This document shows positions 1 through 9,368 of a stretch of DNA of 64,000 bases, piece by piece. The stretch lies in NCBI GenBank assembly GCA_012026655.1, contig JAAILG010001285.1, forward strand, positions 1 through 64,000. Direction: 5' to 3'. Every line of letters begins with the position of its first letter. Position 1 is the stretch's first letter. Source of the stretch: Hydrolagus affinis (lineage: Eukaryota). The translations under genes were made by a program, and so were the position numbers. Under the pieces are notes generated by a model. It made no database searches and was not told the origin of the DNA. It saw only the letters and a program-made list of their open reading frames with translations.

Positions 1-136
1 TGCGCGCGCATTCCGGGTGCGCGCGCAGTCCGAATGCGCGCGCATGCGCAGTACGAAAAAATCGATATTTCGGTATATCTCGATATGAGCCCATCGATAT
101 ATTTAATCGGGAAAATTTCCATATCGACGTTCCCTA
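1..136. mobile_element. Right end of a CpG-rich non-autonomous DNA transposon (hAT-like, TAGGG terminus)
   Basis: Ends in ...CCATATCGACGTTCCCTA with repeated ATCG/CGAT subterminal motifs and an abrupt change in composition. The left end is outside the window. Confidence 0.55.
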
Positions 137-260
137 CTTTCAACCCCATTGAAACAAAACGTTAGATCAAGGGACAGGGAAAACATCCTCCAATTAGACT
201 GTGTCTCTTGTGTGGTGTACAGCAATGAGAAGCTAAACCACATTGCACCTTTATTTTAAA

Positions 261-420
261 AAAACAGAGAGCTGGGAAAACTCAGCTGGTCAGGCAGCAT
301 CTATGGAGAAAAGAAAGTGAGTCACTTTCCTTTCTCCATAGATGCTTCCTGACCTGCTGAGTTTTCCCAGCAATCTGTTTTTCTTTCAGATTTCCAGCAT
401 CTGCAGTATTTTGTGTTTTG
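261..420. mobile_element. Penelope-type pLTR remnant arranged as an inverted repeat
   Basis: Arms 271-320 and 322-371 are nearly perfect reverse complements. The ...GATGCT.CCTGACCTGCTGAGT...CAGATTTCCAGCATCTGCAGTATTTTG motif recurs at 57180-57304. Confidence 0.65.
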
Positions 421-569
421 CTCCTTTATTTAGTTTTGCGGCAGAAAATCTACCCAAGAGAAAAGCTCCTTCTCTGATCCATAAGATAATATTTCACATT
501 CAAGGAGGGTGTAGTCTTATTTTGTGTTTTGATGTGTTCATTATTTTTGACTGGAAGTCAACCTACAAC

Positions 570-720
570 TAATGGCTATCCAGAAATCACTGCTGAAAAG
601 CCCGGATATCACATGGGGAACCAGGATAAGGCTCAGCATGTTGAATAGCTGCCAACGCGCATACATGAAGAATGGCCACTTATGTGAAGTGCCAGAGGAC
701 TATCAGCAGATTTAGAAATC
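570..720 (+). mobile_element. AmnSINE2-like ancient SINE fragment
   Basis: GCTATCCAG...GAATAGC.TGCCAAC...CATGAAGAATGGCCACTT. Confidence 0.55.
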
Positions 721-1397
721 AGCACAAGTCAGTTCCTCTCTGTTTACTGCAAATAAAGGTGGAAGCATTTAATGCACTGCTGTTTGGAATAACACTGCGT
801 TTAACCACACAATACTGGAAAATATTTATCGGTAAACATTGCAACACAAAAGCTTGGAAATGTGTTTAAAATAAGCGCTTGAAAAATGTCGTTTAACTTC
901 CATAGAAGCAGAGAAAAGAAAGAGACGGAAGTTGCATTGAAATAGCACCTGGTCAAATTAAAATGTCTCAAAATGCTTCATAATAACTGAAACTCTCAGC
1001 ATTCTTCCACTTCCATGGCTGTTTGGGTCATTGCTATGTGCTGATTGGCTGCCAAATGTGATCGCCTACAATACACAATCACTACACTTCTTAGTAAAAT
1101 CTTATCAAGCGTATTCAGACATCTCAATTATATGGTAGGGTGTCATGTTATCAAAATGCGCATTGTGGAATTGCTGGAATTTAACCAACTGAAAGCGCAT
1201 AGCTTGCCATTGAAAGCCCTGTCTAGCCAAGTAGATTTTAGATTGAAGTATGGGAGCATCAATGTGACATCAACAAGGATTGCTTCAATTCTGGGTGGCA
1301 GGAGTGAAAAGGGAGGGCGAGTTATATCGAAAGACACAGCGTGGAAACTGCTGTCTGCCTGTTCAGGAGGATGTTAAATAGGCACATTTGTATATGA

Positions 1398-1528
1398 CAT
1401 CTACAAACGGAAATTTCCCTGTGTCTGAAATGGAATGCACAATCTCTCCCTGTACAGTCGCACCCTGCTTACCTAACTCCGGAGAGTCTTAGGCACAGGT
1501 TGGCAAGAGACAGAATGCACATTTAAAC
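1398..1528 (+). repeat. Unclassified interspersed repeat, copy 1 of 5
   Basis: GGAAATTTC...GGAATGCAC..TCTCTCCCTG...CCTGCTTACCTAA.TCCGGAG...TGGCAAGAG shared among copies. Confidence 0.8.
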
Positions 1529-1672
1529 ATTTCAAAATGTTTTAAATTTTAAAAGAAATTACGTATTGAAAGCAATAGCAGTGAATGCAAGTTTTAAGAA
1601 AAATATTGCTGATCCAATTGGGATTTACTTTTGATCCGAACCATTGAACACTGGAATTGGCATGTGGATTAC

Positions 1673-2506
1673 CTGTGCGGTGCTTCCTGTTCATTCCTGC
1701 TGGAGAATGCGGCACTTGGCTCTTCCTTAAAGTTCATCAGAGGAGGAGGAGGTGGAAACTCCTTACAGTGAACATCTGCAACAGTGCTGGGATCCTGGAG
1801 AGGAGAAGAAGGAGGAGGAGGAGGTGGAAATATCTGGAAACTGTTGGGCTGTGACTCCAGCTCCTGAATGAACACATCATCTTCATCTGGGTACGATGCT
1901 GAGCGGAGGTGGAACTGCGCTGGAGAGGTGGCCAAATGGATGCTGGCTTGCGGTGAAGGGGGCCGAGGGGGCGGTGGTTCAGATTCAGAGCTGTCACTGC
2001 TTTGCGCTGTTCGGCCTGGCTCCTGAGATGGATTAAGGCTGGAACCGGAAAACCGCGGGATGGCTGGCCTCTTCAGCGGTTCTTCACGCCCAGAGTTTAC
2101 CCATTTGAACTTGGGAGGGGGAGGTCTTTGTGGTGAGACCACTTTCCTCCTCAGCGCCTCCTCCAGCGCAGTGTCCTCAGGCGGGTAGTTTGTGAATGAT
2201 CCCTGGGCTGCTTTAGTCAGACCACTGCCCTTACTGTCTTGAATGCTTGCGTTGGATTTGATGCACTGCTCTGACGCTGCCTTACTGCGATGAGCCATGG
2301 TCTCAGAGGCACAGAGAGTGGCAACATTTGCTGGAAACATAATGCCCGAGGTGCTGCTGGGCCTGTAAGTGTCCAATGGCCTGTGTCTGTCATTCCAGCC
2401 GGACACTCTGTGCATTTCGAGTGATGATGGCTCCTTCTCATAAATGGCCAAATGCTGGGTTGCTACAGCTTTGTCTCTGCTGTCTTTTGCTTCCACGTTG
2501 AAAGAC
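1673..2506 (-). CDS. shroom3: Shroom3 proline-rich exon (exon 7 equivalent)
   Basis: Overlaps ORF 1669..2496. Acceptor ttatttttcCAG, donor CAG|GTAATC, 834 bp, phase 2 to 2. Contains SPQRPPPPK, EDDVF and two FPPPP (Ena/VASP EVH1-type) motifs. Confidence 0.95.
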
Positions 2507-3028
2507 CTGGAAAAATAACGGAGATTTATTTACTTTCATTATCGCACAGATATCGATGCAAAACCAGATTTAATTCAAAGAACTGAAGGTCCTTTGCTTC
2601 TAAGACTAATACTGAGTGCTCTTGAGGAATCAGTAGTGTTACTGTCCTTACAATACAACTAACAGCATCAATTGTGTTTGCTGTAGAGACTCCTCATGTA
2701 TGTCTCACTGACTCTCGACTCCGAAGCCATCCCAGGCTGGAGTAATTAATGGTCTTGGGGAGTTGGTATGACAAACTGCAGTTTACACAGTGAGTCAGGG
2801 ACATTGTTGTGTCCCCCCCGCCTTTACCGCACTGAAAAAAGATGGGAAGATTGGCTGTGTACAATCCTTTCACCTCTGGGGATTGGGGTGAAAATCCAAG
2901 CCAGACTGTTTGGAAGAAAATCTGGTCTATCTCCCCGTTTGCCAGATGTAAGGGATGCATTGTGAATAGATTAGGCCTTCTAATCTCCCATCCTATCATT
3001 GACCCCAGTAAAGGCCTGCTTCTTATAG

Positions 3029-3388
3029 TAATAATATAATAATAATCCTTGCATTTGATATAATTATTGCATTTCATAGAAAATATTGCAGATTGAATTG
3101 ACTATATAGTTTGGGTGGGTGGGTGAAACATGGCAGACAATTGTGCACAGCAGTTTCCCACAAACAGTCGAGGATTTAGTGACAATTTAAATTTTTTTAG
3201 GTTTATCTTTAGGAATTATTACCCCCGGCAAAGTGATCTGTCAATCAACTAACAACCAGGTTCCTATTTACTGCTAGGCAAACAGAGACATGTGGAGTCA
3301 GTAAACTTGCCCAACATTTCGCCCTGCCAGGAAACAAACCCAAGTCTCTTGTTTGCGAGTGCTTTGACCACTGAGCTACAGGAACACC
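3029..3388 (-). mobile_element. tRNA-derived SINE, long form (SINE2-1_CM-like)
   Basis: tRNA head, GGGCAAGTTT...CTGTTTGCCTAGCAGTAAATAGG segment, Deu-like GTTTGTGGGA.ACTGCTGTGC, and tail TCAAATGCAAGG(ATT)n. Confidence 0.9.
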
Positions 3389-3639
3389 TAAAGGACTGAT
3401 TCTAATATGGCACTCCATTCACAATCCTATTTTAGAGAAAACTTGCAAATAACACAACAGGAAGCTATCTGTCATCATCCATATTTGCTCTGCCAAGGAG
3501 CATTCATCCTAATCCCATTCTCTCCTCGTTTCCAGTAACCTAAATTCCCCCTTCCTCCCCAATTCTTTATTTTGGTTTGATTCCTCACTCAACTCTACTC
3601 CAACATCTGCATACAGATTATTTTTATTTATAAATATAT

Positions 3640-3935
3640 TAACAATCCTTACATTTGCTATAGTGCCTTTCATGTGAGGAGGACAGCACAAAACGCTTCA
3701 TAGGATATACTGTAGCAACTGTACACCTTGTGGGTGAACTTTGGCAGCAATTTTGTACAGAACAGTGTCCCAAAAACAGCCATGAAGTGAGTGACCAATT
3801 TTAATTGGGGAATTATTGGCCAGGGCACCAGGATGAACTCCTTTCTTATAGCGAGAGAAAACAAGAGAGGTGCTGGTATTTATCCCTGAGGCACACCATT
3901 AACTGGTCTCTACAATTCCCATTCTCTGCTGCCTG
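3640..3935 (-). mobile_element. Older DeuSINE (SacSINE1/AmnSINE1-like) fragment
   Basis: Reverse complement contains GGAGTTCATCCTGGTGCCCTGGCCAATA and the Deu 3' region. Confidence 0.7.
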
Positions 3936-3964
3936 CCCATCAACTGTTCCTCTATTCATTTTAG

Positions 3965-4160
3965 GGTCTCACTCTGTGGGGCCCCCAAGCCTTGGCTCTT
4001 GTTGATCTGCATCTAATATTTTCTGGAATTAGGTAAGCAGGATGCGTCTGTCCAGGGAGCGAGTGTGCATCGCGTTCCAACAATTTATCTCTGGAATTTC
4101 CATGTGTAGGTGGGTTGCATGGAATTCTCAGTTTGGTTTGGATAATCATAAGCATGGTGA
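3965..4160 (-). repeat. Unclassified interspersed repeat, copy 2
   Basis: Reverse complement of the same motifs. Confidence 0.8.
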
Positions 4161-4794
4161 TGTGTTTATGAAGGACCAAAAACATGTGACATAGCACTTT
4201 GTCAGGTCAAAAAGTCTCAAAGCGTTTCACAGGATTTACCATAAAATGTAGTGACTGTTTTTTGTAGGTGACCATATCAAATGCTACCTTTCTACCTATT
4301 GGTTTAAGAAGTCTCTTATGCAGCGTCTTAAATATCTTGTTAAATCCAAATATTTTTAAAAATTGAGTGCAGCTCTCTTATCCACATTTTGGAAGGCTTC
4401 TTACAATAGCTTGTGTGCACATCCACTCTGGGATGATCAGAGGCCTGGCCACCACAGTGCTGGGAATGCATTCATTCGCTTTCATTTATATTATATACTC
4501 TGATTAAACTTTCTCAAACAAAACAAAATATCCCAGCTCCTTCCACCCAGTCATACCAATCATGCGATGCTGGCCTTGTCAGGGGTCTGTTGAAGTCAGA
4601 GCGCTGGGGCCGTGGTATGTGCTGAAGTCTTGAACCAGGAGTCAAGGGGACACTGTGAATCCAGAAACATATATTTAAGAAGCAGATTAGTGAGGTCTGG
4701 ACTATTGATTAGACCCTTTGTGGCAGTATTAAAGAATGGGCAAGAGCTATTTCTCTCTGCATTCATTCGGCAGGGATAGTTCTTGCAACATCAA

Positions 4795-4960
4795 AACTGT
4801 GTATGGCCACTAATCATGAACCGGACCAGGATTGACTGAGATATCTCCTGTCCCCAGTGTTGAATAGTCTGCCAACACTCACACCATCATTAATGATCAC
4901 TTGGGAGAGGAGCCAGAGAGCAACATGTACCTGTGGACTGTAACTCAGAAGAGAGAGAAC
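4795..4960 (+). mobile_element. AmnSINE2-like ancient SINE fragment
   Basis: GAATAGTCTGCCAACACTCAC...CACTTGGGAGAGG. Confidence 0.5.
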
Positions 4961-5194
4961 AAAACTGCCTGAAGATTGGCAGAATTGGCATTCAACAGAT
5001 TTAAATGCGGTGAGGGTTAATTTCTGGAAAGCAATTTTTTACAGCATGCAGCGTACATACACAACGTGAGTCAACATATTCATTACGTAACCCACTGTAA
5101 AAGTGCAAAAGCCCAGACTCCTATTTAGCAATCTAATCAGACTGTTTGGTTTCCCTGAAATTAACGCCTTTTTAAAAAACTACTTCTAATACTT

Positions 5195-5340
5195 ATGAAA
5201 CCAAATGCTTTTACACATAGGGAGGTTGGAAAGTAGGTTTCCCTGCTATAAACTCCATTGTTAAGGCAGAGTCTATCAATTATTTATTAAAAGGGAATTA
5301 GATAAATGCTCAGAGAGAGCAGGAAAGTGGAATGAGATTT
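5195..5340 (+). mobile_element. Decayed CR1 3' fragment
   Basis: TTTTACACATAGG...AGGCAGAGTCTATCAAT...AAAAGGGAATTAGATAAAT. Confidence 0.55.
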
Positions 5341-5439
5341 CCTCTTGTTATTGCAGTAATATTATTACCTACCCATACCTGCTGTCCATCCAGTCAATGC
5401 AATAAGATTATTATTGCAGTTATATTATTACCACCAACA

Positions 5440-5860
5440 ACATAGACCCCCACCAAGCTTCGTGACCACATCACTCCCACCCTCACCCAGCTCCATTAGC
5501 TTCCCATCCCCCAGAGGATCAAATTCAAGATCTTAGTCCTCACTTTCAAGGCCATTCACGCCCTTGCACCCGCCTATCTCTCCGAACCTGTTGTCTCCCT
5601 ATAAACCTGCTTGAACTGCAATCTCCATTAAGCGGGATCCAGAATGCTCCATGTCGGTGGATAGGCTTTCAGCTTCTCTGCCCCCACGCTCTGGAACTCC
5701 ATTCCACAGTCCCTTTGTCTCGCTTCCCCCCTTGCCTCCTTCAAGGATTATTATACCTTGCTCTCTGCCCTTCCTCGGGTCCCGACCTCACTATTCAGTG
5801 CCTTGGGACGTCCTCCAGACGTGAAAGGAGCTCTAAAAATTTAATTTTGTTGTTGTGTTG
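5440..5860 (+). mobile_element. L2-clade LINE 3' fragment
   Basis: Decayed HITPTLTQLH*LPIPQRIKFKILVLTFKAIH, ending GCCTTGGGACGTCCTCC...GTGAAAGG...(TTG)n. Confidence 0.88.
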
Positions 5861-5885
5861 TTCATAATGGGACTAATGACCCATT

Positions 5886-6048
5886 AATAATAATAATCCT
5901 TGCATTTGATATAGCTTTTTTCACATCTTCTAGACATCTCAAAGAGCTTCACAGAATATACTGTAAAGTGAATTGACTATATATTTGTGGTTAAAACATG
6001 GCAGACATGGCAGTGTCCCACAAAACAGCTGTGGATTGAAATGACCAA
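5886..6048 (-). mobile_element. 5'-truncated SINE copy
   Basis: Tail and Deu-like segment only. Confidence 0.85.
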
Positions 6049-6626
6049 TGGCCTGTTTCTATTCTATTCTAAAATATTTCCGGAATGGGAGAAGTTTCAG
6101 CATGGGCGCTAATGTACATGAGTGAATTGAATGCACACTTCACTTCTATTTAGCTAGTGATGAATGTTAGCTTTTTGGAAATTTACAATGGTTTTGCTGA
6201 ACGGTTTCAGATCTGATTAGTCGACCTGCTCAGGTGACCAAGCTGGATCAGACCACAAGCGTGGCCACTCAACCAATTGTGTGGGGCACTAGTTCCCTCA
6301 ACATCTCCCCCTCCCAAACCTACAGAATGTTGCCAACTCAAGTGCAAACATACCACATTTTCTCAGTCTTGCATTAATGCATACTGTTTTCCTCTCACTC
6401 AGCACGATTTACTTACGTTGGGATACGGTGTCCAAGGTTAAGTCTAAAAGCCTGGCCCATAAAATATGCATGGAGAGCTGGTGCTGGTCTCTCATGGAAT
6501 GCACCTAACATCCCTTTCAACAGGAAGTGCATAGTTGCAGGGTGATGAATGGGGGGGGGGGGAGGGGAGTAAGGAGAGAGGGGTCTATTCAGAAATTCTG
6601 CAGCCTCACACACAGTGGTTACATAC

Positions 6627-6727
6627 CCACAGCCACTGCCCATGCAGTCCATCCCCATCCGTCTTGATAATGGAAGTTGATCCTTCGTAGAGGTGCTGAA
6701 AGCTCGGTTTGCTCCAGACACAACATC
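6627..6727 (-). CDS. shroom3: Shroom3 small coding exon (exon 6 equivalent)
   Basis: Acceptor gtttctttaacaacCAG, donor GG|GTATGT, 101 bp, phase 0 to 2, exactly what is needed to bridge the flanking exons. Translates DVVSGANRAFSTSTKDQLPLSRRMGMDCMGSGC(G); the recalled human exon also begins DV. Confidence 0.8.
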
Positions 6728-6829
6728 CTGGTTGTTAAAGAAACATATTTACAACTTAACACACATAACATGAAGTTGGAATATTCAAACTATTCAAACC
6801 GGAACAGTTCATAAAATACTCCTGGATTC

Positions 6830-7085
6830 CCTCAGCTCAATAGACAAACAGAACCATACAGACTCAGTAGACATCAGGTTCAATCCCATATCTGTGCTAA
6901 GTTAGCTTCTCTGGCAGCAGAGCTTACAATTGACCTTGATCCTATGTTAGGTAGAAATCAGCTAGGCTTCCATTCTTGTTTGCTATCTAGTGACCATTGC
7001 TGAAAGTGCATATGTCTGAGCATCAGATAAGGGCAGGATTGGGGTTGTCTTACTCTGTTACATCCCCTCCAATTGTCAAATACTC
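6830..7085 (+). mobile_element. AmnSINE2-like ancient SINE fragment
   Basis: CCATACAGAC...CAGGTTCAATCCC...TCTGTGCTAAGTTAGCT...TACAATTGACC...GCTATCTAGTGACC. Confidence 0.6.
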
Positions 7086-7114
7086 TTCACTAGAGAGTGA
7101 AAAGCACCCATTAT

Positions 7115-7502
7115 AATACAAATACTTGCATTTGGTATAGTACCTTTCACGTCAGGAGGATTTCTCACTGCTCTTCACAAGATACACTGTAAAATGGAGT
7201 GACTGTACTTTGTAGGCAATTATAGTCAATTTGTGCACAACAATGTCCCACAAACAGCTATGGAATAAGCAACCAATTTTATCTGTGGGATTGTTGACTA
7301 GGACACCAGGAGAAATTTGTTTCTCTTTTTGAACAGTACAATAGTATGTTTAACTTCCCCAACTGGCAGACGAGACCACAGTTTAATGTTTCATCTGAAG
7401 GAAGGCTCCTTCAGCAAAGAGGCATGTGTATTTTCAGCACTAATGCAGGGGTGTCAGCCTCCACAGTTAGTTTAAAGTCCCTTTGATGGATTTGAACTTG
7501 GC
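7115..7502 (-). mobile_element. Older DeuSINE (SacSINE1-like), near full length
   Basis: Deu-domain motifs GGCTGACAC, TTCAGATGAAACATTAAAC and GGTGTCCTAGTCAA. Confidence 0.75.
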
Positions 7503-7519
7503 CCAGTGTCCACCTGGGT

Positions 7520-8130
7520 CACAGAATTCTGGGTTCTAGTCCAATAGTGGGACCCGAGTCTACGACGACACTCCAGTGCAGTACTCAGAGATCACTGCAA
7601 TGTTGGAAGAGTCCTGTAGCTCAGTGGTTAGAGCACTCGCCTCACAAGCGAGAGACTGGGTTCGATTCCCGGCAGTGTGAAACCTGGGAAAGTTTCCTTA
7701 CTCCACATGCCTGACAATAATCCCTCAAGAATAAATAAGTGATAAATTGGTCCCTTCAATCCACGAAGGTTTGTGGGACACTGATGTGCGCAATTGGCTG
7801 CCACATTTCGTCCACAATTATATAGTCAATTCACTTTACAGTATATTCTGTGTAGCGCTTTGAGATGTACGCAAGACATGAAAAGCACTATATCCAATGC
7901 AAGGATTATAAGGATTATTAAGTAATGTTACTCTAGGCTCCTATCTGCATGTTGGGATCCCGTGATACTATTCAAAAAGAGACAAAGATTTCTCTCAATA
8001 TCCTGGCCAACTATGCTCTAGATTGAATCAGTTGTTCAGTTCACAACTATTTGCAGGAAGGTGCTGGCACAAATAGATGCCTATTTGTGACAATGGCTGC
8101 ATATTGCTTGAAGATGTTCCAACATGATAA
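7520..8130 (+). mobile_element. Older DeuSINE split by the younger SINE at 7609-7920
   Basis: GACACTCCAGTGCAGTACT before the insertion and GGATCCCGTGATACTATTCAAAAAGAG...TCCTGGCCAA after it. Confidence 0.72.
7609..7920 (+). mobile_element. tRNA-derived SINE, short form, full length
   Basis: A box TAGCTCAGTGG, B box GGTTCGATTCC, family body and ATT tail. Confidence 0.92.
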
Positions 8131-9368
8131 GAAAATATTAAAATGGGATTTCTTTATTGCCAAGAGAAGGAAAACGAGACAAGCACATTCAAGAAACAAG
8201 GCAAGAATGGAAAGTTGGCAGTAAAAACAAGCTTCCAATGTGAGATTTGGTTGAGTATTGCAGGTCAGGGTTGACTACAAAGTAAAATTAAACACAATCC
8301 ATTTGCCTCGTTGTTTCCCAGAAGTGCGCAAAATAACAAGTGAAAAGTCAGCGATTCTGACATTGATTCAGGACCAGATTTGACGCGAACCGGCACCGAA
8401 CAGGAAAAGAAAACAAAACATTTAGATTTCCTGGCTCCCTGGGGCAGACAGTGCCACAAGATTTTACTGCTTCCTGTCTGTGCATCTTCTATAAACAACA
8501 CAAAAGATTCATTAAGCATCTAATGCAACGCTGTTGGAACAAAACCCGAAGCAGGTCAAACGGCATCGGCGAGAGAAAGGCGGGTTAGCACGTTGAGCAC
8601 AGCTCTTCATGACAACTGGAACAGTCTGTATATAGAACGGAAGGAAGAGAAATACCTGCTGCCCAAGATTTACAAACACAAATGCTCTGCCAATCCCATT
8701 ACATTACTCCTGCCTCACCCAACTCATTTCCACCTTTCTCAACACAGTTCACTGTCCACCCTCTGTGAACCTACATTCATGACTTTCAGGAGCATCAAGC
8801 TATTTCTTAAATGAATTCACTGGCTCTGACTTGATCAATCTCCCCGACTGTACACACCAGCTACCGGAGTCAGAATGCTATCTCAGTAACTGTATGTTGC
8901 TTTTCTTTAAGCCTACCATCCAATCCTTGACCAAGTCCACATTCTTCCACTTTTGCCTTCTTCTTTGCCTAAATTTCTACGTTCCAATTTATACCTCATC
9001 CCTCCGCCAAGTCTGCTATGCCATCAAAGCAGCCACAAGAAAAAGATATCCAGCACAGGGATAGGAGCACAGTGCTGACAATGGAAGTAGTCCTCCCCTT
9101 TACACAGGGGTGTAACAGACTCCGACATCAGAATGTTATCTCCACAAATTTAAGAGAGAATTACATAGCTTTTTTGTAAAAATAAAATCTGTTACGGGGC
9201 ACGAGTACAAGAGATGAGAGGACTATAGGATCTACTTTTCTCCTTCAGGATTGGACAGCTGGATTGCAATGATCTTTTCCAGCACTGATTGGTGCTGTGA
9301 CCCTTCCCCCACCTTCTCCCACCCAAAGCCAGCTTGAAGCACATGAAATTTGAAAGCCTCACACGTAC

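Noticed and set aside
7609-7680. tRNA-like sequences with A and B boxes (also 32536, 46833, 55544)
   Set aside because: SINE heads: no complete acceptor stem, and they run into SINE body.
9192-9368. C-terminal extension of the 1179-aa ORF and its MFLFHT start
   Set aside because: Intronic read-through beyond the donor at 9369 and acceptor at 12711.
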